Program-made: the position numbers and the translations under genes | In this document: positions 47,907 through 56,925 of the stretch, piece after piece | Layout: the number at the start of each line of letters is the position of its first letter | Position numbering within the stretch: the stretch's first letter is position 1 | The notes under the pieces: generated by a model | Told to the model about the DNA's origin: nothing | The model's input: only the letters and a program-made list of their open reading frames with translations | Databases searched by the model: none | Virus record (IMG/VR): IMGVR_UViG_3300020048_000054 | Coordinates: 45,119 to 109,118 of that record | Length of the DNA stretch: 64,000 nucleotides | DNA from: a virus | Reading direction: 5' to 3' (one strand)

Positions 47907-48022
47907 GCTATGGTTCATACCATTTTACTTGTCGGAGTCATCTCTACGCTAGTGCTCGTGCAACTAGTCATCGTGTTTGTTGTTTATGCAATTTGGTCTT
48001 CAATTTCAAAGGATCGCCACTC

Positions 48023-48334
48023 ATGAGTGTACTTACCCGAATGACTCGCCGCTTGTCGTTTCGTTTGCCATCTGCGCCAGGTTGGTGCTTGGAATACAAC
48101 CTCAACGATTTTCACTTCACGCTGACGTACTTCGGCACAGTGAAAGAACACTGGCAGTACAGTTTGCCAGGACGCATTCAACCAGCTCTCGTGACACTCG
48201 AAGCGATTGCTGAAGACCGTTTGCAACTCGAAGCCGATGCCATCAAGCGTCACCAAGAGATGAGCGTGTATGTCGATACGCATGATGAGCGTCATGATGA
48301 GCCTGATTTCACTGATCTGTTTCCAACCCTCTAA
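48023..48334 (+). CDS. Hypothetical protein
   Basis: AAGGA RBS; start MSVLTRM. Confidence 0.55.
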   Translation: MSVLTRMTRRLSFRLPSAPGWCLEYNLNDFHFTLTYFGTVKEHWQYSLPGRIQPALVTLEAIAEDRLQLEADAIKRHQEMSVYVDTHDERHDEPDFTDLFPTL

Positions 48335-48346
48335 GGAGCCACTATA

Positions 48347-48718
48347 ATGCTGAACAATCTCTTGAACAAACTGCGCGCACTTGTTACAATTAAGTCTCAC
48401 AAGTGGGAATCGATTTCCACTGCAACACCTTCTCTTGAGGAACTGACTGATATGAGTACTAATGACATGATCGTGAACAGCTTTCGTTCTTTGCTTCGTT
48501 ATACTGCAACTGAAATTGCACACATTGATAACGAGAATGAACAACGCCACCTGTTCGCAAATGCACGCAATGTGCGTGTTCTCGCTCGTGAAGCTGGCTG
48601 CCTCAAGGCACTTGATCGTGCAATCGCAGCCGATGATGTAACGGTTGAAGTCTTTGTTGATTCAGACTTCAGCTGGTCGAAGTACAACAGCAACATCGCT
48701 GCGTGGGTGTCTGCCTAA
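48347..48718 (+). CDS. Hypothetical protein
   Basis: 123 aa, AAGGAG RBS. Confidence 0.65.
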   Translation: MLNNLLNKLRALVTIKSHKWESISTATPSLEELTDMSTNDMIVNSFRSLLRYTATEIAHIDNENEQRHLFANARNVRVLAREAGCLKALDRAIAADDVTVEVFVDSDFSWSKYNSNIAAWVSA

Positions 48719-48787
48719 ATTCTCCCCGTGTGGTGGGTGTGGTGGGCGACGAAGTTTGTCCCGCCACACCCTCATGAGGACCAAACC

Positions 48788-49033
48788 ATGAGTATGGATC
48801 ATAAGGACTTTATGCTTTCGCAGGAGAATACACTAATGTCAGACGAAGAGTATTACTATACTGCAGTTAATCTCGACCGCGATGTTCCCGAATGGGAGCC
48901 TGATCTCGATGAAGAAGCGGAAGATGATGATGACGAGCAAGAAGACTTGGAAGAGGATCGCCACATTGACGGTGGTAGCCAGTGTGGTAGAGCTTCGGAG
49001 GATTGGTCAGGTTACTACAGTGATCTAGACTGA
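48788..49033 (+). CDS. Small highly acidic protein
   Basis: GAGG RBS; DLDEEAEDDDDEQEDLEED tract. Confidence 0.6.
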   Translation: MSMDHKDFMLSQENTLMSDEEYYYTAVNLDRDVPEWEPDLDEEAEDDDDEQEDLEEDRHIDGGSQCGRASEDWSGYYSDLD

Positions 49034-49055
49034 CTGCCTGATTCATACACTCTCG

Positions 49056-49093
49056 ACCCTAGCACAGCGAAAGCTGTTCTAGGGTTTTTCTTT
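49056..49093 (+). terminator. Intrinsic terminator
   Basis: accctag..cagc-gaaa-gctg..ctagggt hairpin plus T-run. Confidence 0.75.
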
Positions 49094-49225
49094 ACCCATT
49101 GTTGATAGTGATACGGTTTGTTATCGGACTGTACGCCGCATGTACATGTCCGAATAACATGTCGATTTGTTATCGGACGTAAGTCTTTATATTATCGGAC
49201 TTTAGAAATGTCTCAATTATAGGGC

Positions 49226-49254
49226 TTGCGCCCTGCTACCCTTTGTGGTATGAT
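49226..49254 (+). promoter_or_regulatory. Sigma70-type early promoter (near-leaderless)
   Basis: TTGCGC-17-TATGAT; ATG 8 nt downstream. Confidence 0.75.
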
Positions 49255-49262
49255 TCGACCAT

Positions 49263-50699
49263 ATGGCTACCGCCCTTCAATCGTCTAAACAACTCGCCTT
49301 TATCGCCGCGCTTCGCAGCGTGGCAGGAGACACTAATAGCATCGTCTCGCGTAGCAAGCTTGTCGAAGCTGCCGCGATCTGCAACATCGCATGTCCGCCA
49401 GCGTGGATCGTCAAGGATCCTTCTCGTGCAGCTGGTCGTGGATTCTTTCGCGTTCCTGAATTGCTGAACGCTGCAGCATCTGCTGCTGCAGTTGCTACCA
49501 TGGCGCCTGTTGCAGATACTGCAGCATCCACTGTGATGGCTGTGATTGGTGCGACCAACACCATCAAGACTGTCAGCCACAGTAAGATTCTTGGTATGAC
49601 TGGCGGAGATCGCACTACGCTGATCCCTGACAAGATCGATACCTACGTTCCGTGGGGACACTTCAGTTCAATCGAAGCGATCATTCGCTCCGGTTTGTTC
49701 TCTCCGATGTTCATCACTGGTCTTTCCGGTAATGGTAAGACTACGATGATTGAGCAAGTCTGTGCGAAACTCAAGCGCGAGTGCTATCGCGTCAACATCA
49801 CCGCAGAGACTGATGAGAGCGATCTTCTCGGTTCATTCGGACTCGTTGACGGTAACACCGTCTGGCAGGATGGTCCGGTTACGCTTGCACTCAAGAGCGG
49901 AGCTGTTTTGCTCTTGGATGAAATCGACTTGGGATCTGACAAGATCATGTGCCTTCAGTCTGTTCTCGAAGGTAAGGGCGTGATGCTCAAGAAGATCGGT
50001 CAGTTCGTGCATCCTGCTGCGGGTTTCACCTGCGCCGCGACTGCGAACACCAAGGGTAAGGGCGATGACAATGGTCGATTCGCCGGTACTCGCATTCTCA
50101 ATGAAGCGTTCTTGGATCGCTTCGACTTCACCTACGAGCAGGAGTATGCACCGAAAGCGACTGAGAAGAAGATTCTTCTCAAGAAGATGGCGAAGTTCGG
50201 TAAGGTTGATGATGTGTTCGCAGAGAACCTCGTGCGTTGGGCGGAGATCATTCGCGCATCGTATGATGACAATGCGATTGATGAGATCATCACGACTCGC
50301 CGCTTGGAGGGTATCTGCAAGGCGTATTCGATCTTCAATGATCGCATGGAAGCGGTGAAGATGTGCGTTTCTCGCTTTGATACGCTCACTCGCACGGGTA
50401 TGGTGGATGCGTATAGCAAGATTGATGCGGATGTGAATCCGGTTGCTGAAGCTGCTCCAGTCGCAGACAATGCAAAGTACTGCATGTTGGATCGCTACAC
50501 GAGCGCAGAGATCACGAATGGTAATCCAATCTTCCTGCCGTTTACGCGCTACGAAGACAAGGATACTGTTCGCAATGCAGGTGCGCGTTGGGATGCGACC
50601 AACAAGATGTGGGCAATCACTCATCAGCAGTATATGGCTACTTCAAACGCCATCGCGGCATCTAATCATGGCTACTTCAAACGCCATCGCGGCATCTAA
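49263..50699 (+). CDS. MoxR/CobS-like AAA+ ATPase with C-terminal DUF5710-like domain
   Basis: Walker A GLSGNGKT, Walker B LLLDEID, ATANTKG, LNEAFLDRF, TRRL; YEDKDTVRNAGARWD...W. Confidence 0.88.
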   Translation: MATALQSSKQLAFIAALRSVAGDTNSIVSRSKLVEAAAICNIACPPAWIVKDPSRAAGRGFFRVPELLNAAASAAAVATMAPVADTAASTVMAVIGATNTIKTVSHSKILGMTGGDRTTLIPDKIDTYVPWGHFSSIEAIIRSGLFSPMFITGLSGNGKTTMIEQVCAKLKRECYRVNITAETDESDLLGSFGLVDGNTVWQDGPVTLALKSGAVLLLDEIDLGSDKIMCLQSVLEGKGVMLKKIGQFVHPAAGFTCAATANTKGKGDDNGRFAGTRILNEAFLDRFDFTYEQEYAPKATEKKILLKKMAKFGKVDDVFAENLVRWAEIIRASYDDNAIDEIITTRRLEGICKAYSIFNDRMEAVKMCVSRFDTLTRTGMVDAYSKIDADVNPVAEAAPVADNAKYCMLDRYTSAEITNGNPIFLPFTRYEDKDTVRNAGARWDATNKMWAITHQQYMATSNAIAASNHGYFKRHRGI

Positions 50700-50701
50700 T
50701 C
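50634..50701 (+). repeat. Exact 34-bp tandem duplication causing a frameshift at the ATPase C-terminus
   Basis: atggctacttcaaacgccatcgcggcatctaatc x2. Confidence 0.92.
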
Positions 50702-50904
50702 AGGAGAACATTTGGGATAAGTTTGGCGCTTGTCCTACGGAACTCCAATCAATCAACGGAGTAGCCACTCTGATGATGATTGCGGCTAAGCCACGGGCGA
50801 CACACGCCTAATCTGCCGTTGTTGACGCAACGACAATCCCCAAGACTAGCAATCTTCGGGATTGTTGTTGATAGTGATGTAAGAACCTGCTACAATGGAG
50901 CCAT

Positions 50905-51171
50905 ATGAAACAGAGTACTACACTAATCGGAGACACGATTGCAACCATTCGCGAGTGCGCGAAGCTTGATCCGTACTTTGAAGAGACGGACGCACTGCAG
51001 GATACTGCAGCAGCACTTGGTTACCTCGCAGTCTATCCTGATTCTGCGTTCTCGTATGAGGAGCTGTATGAGCTGCAATCAATCGCAAGTCGCGTGAGAT
51101 CAGCCATGCACAACGCCACTACAGATTTCCGTGACGATCACGGAGATGACGATTACACCAACACCATCTGA
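50905..51171 (+). CDS. Hypothetical acidic protein
   Basis: 88 aa; TTGATA-17-TACAAT promoter 8 nt upstream. Confidence 0.6.
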   Translation: MKQSTTLIGDTIATIRECAKLDPYFEETDALQDTAAALGYLAVYPDSAFSYEELYELQSIASRVRSAMHNATTDFRDDHGDDDYTNTI

Positions 51172-51182
51172 AAGAAACCGAT

Positions 51183-51509
51183 ATGAATACTACATCAACC
51201 GCCACCGCTCAAGTCACTCAGTCAAGTTCGTATAACGCTCTCAAGACGTATCAGCAGGAGTTCATTCGCATGATCTCTCTTTGGTGTACTCACAATGGAT
51301 ACCCCGCCAATGTTGGTGTTCCTTGTCCGACTGCATTCTCTCGTGATGTTCTCCGTACCATTGCGAATGGAAACGGCATGCGATGGGCGCCAGCCTGGAT
51401 CGTCAAGGATGTGACGCGCAAGGCCGCACGAGGATACTACAGCGTTCCGGAAGTGGCAGACTACATGGCGACCATGACGGCGCCCGCAACCGATGCGACC
51501 GAGGTTTGA
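51183..51509 (+). CDS. Stand-alone paralog of the ATPase N-terminal domain
   Basis: SR..L...A......PAWIVKD..R.A.RG...VPE shared with the first ~70 aa of 49263. Confidence 0.7.
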   Translation: MNTTSTATAQVTQSSSYNALKTYQQEFIRMISLWCTHNGYPANVGVPCPTAFSRDVLRTIANGNGMRWAPAWIVKDVTRKAARGYYSVPEVADYMATMTAPATDATEV

Positions 51510-51610
51510 TGCTTTGGGGGAGGGGGCATAACCCCTCCCCCATTGTTGATAGTGATAAGGTTATCGGACTTTGTTATCGGACTGGCTATTATCAGCTACT
51601 TTCACAGGGC

Positions 51611-51639
51611 TTGACACAGACCCCCGTCTAGGGTATGAT
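51611..51639 (+). promoter_or_regulatory. Sigma70-type early promoter (near-leaderless)
   Basis: TTGACA-17-TATGAT; ATG 51648 is 8 nt downstream. Confidence 0.85.
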
Positions 51640-51647
51640 TGACGCAT

Positions 51648-54137
51648 ATGGCTACCGCTCTACCTACCGTTTCGATCACCTCGCACAATCATGCAGCTGC
51701 AAGCGTCATGGCTCGCATTCTGTCATCGGAGAACATTAATGTCATCATCGATGCTGCCGCGTCTACTGCAGCGTTCGACCTCAAGAACCGTACGCTGATT
51801 CTTCCGCAATGGAAGGACATGAGCAAGACTGTTTACGATATGCTCATCGGGCACGAGATCTCTCACGCTCTGCATACGCCATGCGAGGGTTGGAAGCTTG
51901 CAATCAATGCAATGAGCGGCACAACCGATAGCAGCAATGATGTATGGCAGACTGCTTCGCTCTACTTGAATGTTGTTGAAGATGCGCGTATTGAGCGTCT
52001 CATCAAGAACAAGTTTCCCGGATTCAAGCGCGACTTCGTTGCAGGATACGGCGAACTTGCTGCCAAGGATTTCTTTGGTATCAAGAAGATCGATATGAAC
52101 AAACTCGAACTGGCTGACAAACTCAATCTGTACTACAAGCTTGGTACGATTGGTTCTGTTGGTATTCGCTTCACTGCAGAGGAGCAGACTTTCATCACTC
52201 GCATTGATGCATCGCAGACGTTCGAAGATGCGGCACAGATCGCTCAGGATCTGTTCACTCACTGCAAGAACAAGAAGGCAGAAGACAAGAAGCAGAACGA
52301 GCAGGGCAATCCATTGAAGGACTGCAATGGGGGAAAGTCCAAGGATAAGGAAGAAACGCAGCAGGAGCAATCCTCGACCGCCCCACAGGGTGCTGAGAAG
52401 AAGGACGAAGACAAGGGCGACAAGTCCGACAAGTCCGAATCCAAGGAGAGCGATTCCACCGAAGGTGGCGATGAGTCATCCGCAGGTGAGGGTGACGAGC
52501 AGGGCGAGAAGAGCGAAGAGAGTGCCGATCAGGAGAAGCAGGACAAACCATCCAAGGATGGCGCACGTTCGGATTCCAATGGTTCTGCCGATCAAGCACC
52601 TACGCCGATCACTCAGCAGAAGCTTGAGGAGTCGCTCAAGAAGAGCGTGAAGAAGCACCGTGGATACGGCGAGACGATCAATGCGCCAGCGAAGTTGATT
52701 CACTGCGATCTCGCCAAGGTTGTGTTCGATTACAAGAAGTGCATGGAGTACATGAAGAAGGATTGCCCATCGTTCTTTACTGATACTGCTGTTCGCGAAG
52801 GGTATGATGCTGTACAGGATGCGTTCGATATCAAGTGCAAGCACACTGTCGATCAGCTGTCCAAGCAGTTCGAACTTCGCAAAGCAGCGATGGTTTCCAA
52901 GCGCGCTTCGATTCGCAACACGGGTGTTCTCGATACCGTTCGTATGGTGAACTACAAGTGGTCGGAAGACATCTTTCGCCGCAACACGATTCTGCCAGAG
53001 GGTAAGAATCACGGATTGGTGATGTTCGTTGACTGGTCGGGTTCCATGAGTGCTTGCGTTGAATCAGTCTTGGAGCAGACGATGGTGCTTTGCGACTTCT
53101 GCCGCCGTTCGGGTATTCCGTTCGAAGTCTATGCGTTCACCACTCGTGACTTTAGCAGCGGTGACGATTGCCATTCAAATCGTCCATCGAATAGCAGTGT
53201 GTGGAAAGATGGAATGTACGATGGGTACGCTACCGCTGCAGAGAAGGATGCAGCTATTCGTGCGAATGGTTTCACTCTGCCAGCAGCAGCGAATCAGTTC
53301 TCGTTGTTCAACATGTTCTCGTCACGCATGACGAAGCAAGAGTATCGCACCTGCAAGTATTGGTATCGTGCGCTCACGACCAACAAAGCGATTGGTAAGT
53401 GCCGTTTGTACCCTCAACTTCGTTGGGAACTGTCCGGTACTGCTCTTGACGAAACCATCGTTGCTGCGATGCAGATCGTTCCGCAGTTCAAGGAGCAGCA
53501 CAAGTTGGATATCGTGAACACGATCTTCCTCACTGATGGTGATTCAAGCGTTGCGTACATGAACGGTTCGCAGACTCTCATTGATCCGAAGACTCGTGCA
53601 GTCTATAGCAATGCGGAACTTCGCAAGAACATGGGTGCTGCGATCACCGAAGATACGCAGCTGAACACCACGAATGTTCTGCTGAGTGCGTTTCGTGATA
53701 TGACTGGCAGCCGTGCCATTGGTATGTTCTTGTGCAATGGTGTTGCTCAAGCGAATCTGTTCTTCGCCAAGCAGTACGCTGCTGCGGTGAGTCGTTCGGA
53801 GCGTGAGCAACTTGCAGCAGCAGGAAATGCTGCTCAGTCGTATCGTCAGGGTTACATTCACGACAATGCGCTCAGGGTTGCAAACGATGTGGTTCGCCGT
53901 GACATGAACGCGCAACTGAAGCAGGACAATGTTGTCTGCGCCGATGCGGGTTGCACGGGTTACGATGAGTTCTTCTTCATTCAATCCGTAACGGATATCG
54001 ATGGTGACAATGCGATGGAGTCCGTCACGAGCAAGTCATCGCAGACAACGATGAAGAGAGCGTTCAGCAAGTCGTGTGCTTCTCGCAACAAGGGGCGGGT
54101 GTTGGTGAATCGCTTCATCGAGCTGATCGCTCGGTAA
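51648..54137 (+). CDS. CobT-like metallopeptidase + vWA protein (partner of the MoxR ATPase)
   Basis: TAAFDLKNRTLILP, GHEISHALHT, NVVEDARIE, acidic linker, MIDAS DWSGSM...GT.L...LTDG. Confidence 0.85.
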   Translation: MATALPTVSITSHNHAAASVMARILSSENINVIIDAAASTAAFDLKNRTLILPQWKDMSKTVYDMLIGHEISHALHTPCEGWKLAINAMSGTTDSSNDVWQTASLYLNVVEDARIERLIKNKFPGFKRDFVAGYGELAAKDFFGIKKIDMNKLELADKLNLYYKLGTIGSVGIRFTAEEQTFITRIDASQTFEDAAQIAQDLFTHCKNKKAEDKKQNEQGNPLKDCNGGKSKDKEETQQEQSSTAPQGAEKKDEDKGDKSDKSESKESDSTEGGDESSAGEGDEQGEKSEESADQEKQDKPSKDGARSDSNGSADQAPTPITQQKLEESLKKSVKKHRGYGETINAPAKLIHCDLAKVVFDYKKCMEYMKKDCPSFFTDTAVREGYDAVQDAFDIKCKHTVDQLSKQFELRKAAMVSKRASIRNTGVLDTVRMVNYKWSEDIFRRNTILPEGKNHGLVMFVDWSGSMSACVESVLEQTMVLCDFCRRSGIPFEVYAFTTRDFSSGDDCHSNRPSNSSVWKDGMYDGYATAAEKDAAIRANGFTLPAAANQFSLFNMFSSRMTKQEYRTCKYWYRALTTNKAIGKCRLYPQLRWELSGTALDETIVAAMQIVPQFKEQHKLDIVNTIFLTDGDSSVAYMNGSQTLIDPKTRAVYSNAELRKNMGAAITEDTQLNTTNVLLSAFRDMTGSRAIGMFLCNGVAQANLFFAKQYAAAVSRSEREQLAAAGNAAQSYRQGYIHDNALRVANDVVRRDMNAQLKQDNVVCADAGCTGYDEFFFIQSVTDIDGDNAMESVTSKSSQTTMKRAFSKSCASRNKGRVLVNRFIELIAR

Positions 54138-54237
54138 AGCACATGCCATTTAAATTGTACCCTCGGGCCAGTCAAGAATACATATCTTGACTGGCTCGCT
54201 TCGTTTGGGTACGATTGTTGATAGTAAAGGGGACCCT

Positions 54238-54849
54238 ATGCTACAAACAAACTTCATTCGAATGGTACGCGCAGATCTCAAAGATCATGGATTCACATTG
54301 GTACTCGGAAGAGGCCGAAGCATCAACTGCTCAGGGTATCGTGTTGGTGGTTACTTCAGCGAGACGATGAAAGAGATTCGCGTAGCTACTCGCAGTCCAT
54401 CGTGGTTGGGCACACTTGTGCATGAATACTGCCACTTCAAGCAATATACTGAATCAGAGTTTCGGCCAGCAGGTGACGCAGCTGATCTGGTGGATTCGTG
54501 GTTCTCTGGGGTTGAATACTCCCAGACACGAGTACGCAATGCCTTCTGGCATATTCGTGCCTGTGAGAGAGATGCCGAACGAAAAGCAGCTAAGCTCATC
54601 CAGGAGGCCCAGCTTCCCGTAAATCTAGATGTTTACATTCGGCGTGCCAATTGCTACATCTATGCCCATTACATCATGGAACGCCATCGCAAGTTCTGGG
54701 CCTTTCAGCGCGATCCGTTCAAATCACGAACCATACTGGCAATGATGCCGAACAACTTTCGCAGTCAAGCTCACGAGAGCATACCACCAGCTATCGACTT
54801 CGCACTTGAAGCTCTCGTTCAATGCAGCAAAGTGAACTGTCCTTCCTAA
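54238..54849 (+). CDS. HExxH metallopeptidase-like protein
   Basis: GGYF...TLVHEYCHFKQ...CERDAE; TTGACT-17-TACGAT promoter upstream. Confidence 0.65.
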   Translation: MLQTNFIRMVRADLKDHGFTLVLGRGRSINCSGYRVGGYFSETMKEIRVATRSPSWLGTLVHEYCHFKQYTESEFRPAGDAADLVDSWFSGVEYSQTRVRNAFWHIRACERDAERKAAKLIQEAQLPVNLDVYIRRANCYIYAHYIMERHRKFWAFQRDPFKSRTILAMMPNNFRSQAHESIPPAIDFALEALVQCSKVNCPS

Positions 54850-54954
54850 AAGGACAGATGGTTGATAGTAAAGTTGATAGTAAATGCATATTATTACACT
54901 GCGATGCATATTATTACACAATGTATTACCATAAATATAAAGAAGGATTATACA

Positions 54955-55254
54955 ATGCCCACATACAATTACTCGTGCAACGCATGCAACAAGCTATGGG
55001 AAGAATCGCACACCATCGCCGAACGCAATGCTCCTGTTGAACTACCTTGCCCACACTGCCGAAAGAAAAATCAAGTCATCAAGACAATGGAGGGATGCAC
55101 TCCGGGTCTTGGAGCAGACTTCAATCTCACTCCGGATAAAGCTTCCGGTGGGCGTTGGAAGGAAGTGATTGCAAAGGTGAAGCATGGAGCGCCGAAGCGA
55201 TTACACAAGAACATCGAAGGACTTGGTGGTGCTGGGCAGAGTTGGAAGGGATGA
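54955..55254 (+). CDS. FmdB-family zinc-ribbon protein
   Basis: MPTYNYSCNAC...CPHC; AAGGA RBS; ATAAATA upstream. Confidence 0.8.
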   Translation: MPTYNYSCNACNKLWEESHTIAERNAPVELPCPHCRKKNQVIKTMEGCTPGLGADFNLTPDKASGGRWKEVIAKVKHGAPKRLHKNIEGLGGAGQSWKG

Positions 55255-55464
55255 CAGCGGTATGTTGTGCCACTTAAGCCCCACTTCCCCCCATATTCCC
55301 CCACACATTTAAAGCACTTCATCCACACTTCGCCATTTGGTACACATTTCGTATACACTCGCGTGTATTCCCATGTACTCACCATACCGAACCCTCAAAT
55401 ACTCTGAATTATCATTGAACACATACCTATTTGGTAGCGTAGTACTACTCTATAGGAGATAATC

Positions 55465-56877
55465 ATGAAAGCAATTCTACTAGTTCTATCGTGTCTGTTC
55501 CTGATCAGTGGTGTGAGTGTCAATAAGACACAATCCAACATTGATACCTTCTTTGTACAGTGGAAGAATGGTGTAAATAAAGATGCTGTTCTTTCTACCA
55601 TAGCAGATGTTGAAAGCATAGAGCACTACTCACACATTCCGAATCTTACTCTCATAAACATGAACAATGTGGCTTCTATGCGGAATGCTATGTCTTTCTT
55701 GTCTATGAATCCTAATGTGGCATTTGTAGAAGCAGATGTAATGTTTACTGCTACAAGAAACGAAGTCATTCCCAATGACTCTGGCTTTTCTTTATGTTGG
55801 GGACATCGAAACACTGGCGCATCCGGTGGACTCATCAACTTTGACATGAATACTACGAATGCATGGGATATCACAAAAGGCTCATCTGCTATTCGTGTTC
55901 TTGTCTTTGAAACAGGCATTCAGCCGAACCATCCTGATATCAATCAACTAGCTGGTCGTGACTTCAGCACAGGCGTAGTAAACGGTGTAGTAGGTGGTGG
56001 TCCAAGTAACTCATGCGACAATCATGGTACAGCAGTAGCGGGTTGCATTAGTGGCATCATCAACAACAGTCTAGGTACTGTGGGTGTTGCTCCTGAATGT
56101 AAAGTTGTTTCTGCAAAGGTTGGAACCTCTGTGGTTCCCTGCAATGGATCATGGCAAGGACAAACATCGTGGACTGTGAATGCAATCAACTGGAGCATTG
56201 CAAACGGTGTCCGTGTGACAAACAACAGTAATGACTATGGTACAGATTCAGCTGCTATGACTACTGCTTATGTTGCTGCAAGAAATGCAGGTGTAGTAAA
56301 CTTTGCCAGTTCTGGAAACTCTGGAAACACAACAATCGGATTTCCAGCACGATCAGCTGGCGTAGTAGCAGTGGGAGCATCAAGCCGAACCGGGCAGAAA
56401 GCCACTTTCTCTTCCTATGGTTCTAAGCTCGCATTCGTTGCAGCAGGACAGTCAGTTTATACAACAGACAGAACGGGTGTAGATGGTTATGTTTCGGGAG
56501 ACTACACCACGATTGATGGTACATCGTTCTCTTCTCCATATGCAGCTGGCGTTGCTGCATTGATACTCTCTGCAAACCCATCCCTTTCGGCTGCACAGGT
56601 AGAATCGATCATGCAGACTACATGCAGAGACATTGGTGCTGTTGGATACGATACGCTCACCGGATGGGGAATGCTGAATGCAGATGCAGCAGTTCGTGTT
56701 GCTCAACCAACACCATGCCCTGCTGATCTCAACAACGACAGAGCAGTGAACGGAACGGATCTTGGTCTACTGTTAGGAGTTTGGGGAACACCACAAGGTG
56801 ATATCAATGGCGATGGAATTGCCAATGGATCAGATTTGGGTATTCTTCTTGGTACATGGGGTGTGTGCCCACAATGA
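55465..56877 (+). CDS. Secreted S8 subtilisin-like serine peptidase with GC-type dockerin C-terminus
   Basis: Signal peptide, prodomain, HGTAVAG, NNS, SSGN, GTSFSSPYAAGVAAL; tail PCPADLNNDRAVNGTDLGLLLGVWG..DINGDG...DLGILLGTWG.C. Confidence 0.88.
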   Translation: MKAILLVLSCLFLISGVSVNKTQSNIDTFFVQWKNGVNKDAVLSTIADVESIEHYSHIPNLTLINMNNVASMRNAMSFLSMNPNVAFVEADVMFTATRNEVIPNDSGFSLCWGHRNTGASGGLINFDMNTTNAWDITKGSSAIRVLVFETGIQPNHPDINQLAGRDFSTGVVNGVVGGGPSNSCDNHGTAVAGCISGIINNSLGTVGVAPECKVVSAKVGTSVVPCNGSWQGQTSWTVNAINWSIANGVRVTNNSNDYGTDSAAMTTAYVAARNAGVVNFASSGNSGNTTIGFPARSAGVVAVGASSRTGQKATFSSYGSKLAFVAAGQSVYTTDRTGVDGYVSGDYTTIDGTSFSSPYAAGVAALILSANPSLSAAQVESIMQTTCRDIGAVGYDTLTGWGMLNADAAVRVAQPTPCPADLNNDRAVNGTDLGLLLGVWGTPQGDINGDGIANGSDLGILLGTWGVCPQ

Positions 56878-56900
56878 AAAACCCCCTTTCGGGGGCTTCA
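56874..56900. terminator. Terminator hairpin between convergent genes
   Basis: tgaa-aaccccc-tttc-gggggc-ttca. Confidence 0.6.
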
Positions 56901-56925
56901 CGGTATCATCAGATTTCAAAGTGGC

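Noticed and set aside
49263-54137. Cobalamin biosynthesis (cobS/cobT) as an auxiliary metabolic pathway
   Set aside because: Motifs only support a generic MoxR AAA+/vWA chaperone pair, and no other cob genes are present.
49236-54175. Many alternate-frame and antisense ORFs in the GC-richer island
   Set aside because: Expected by-products of stop-codon scarcity opposite long genes; no RBS or recognisable motifs.
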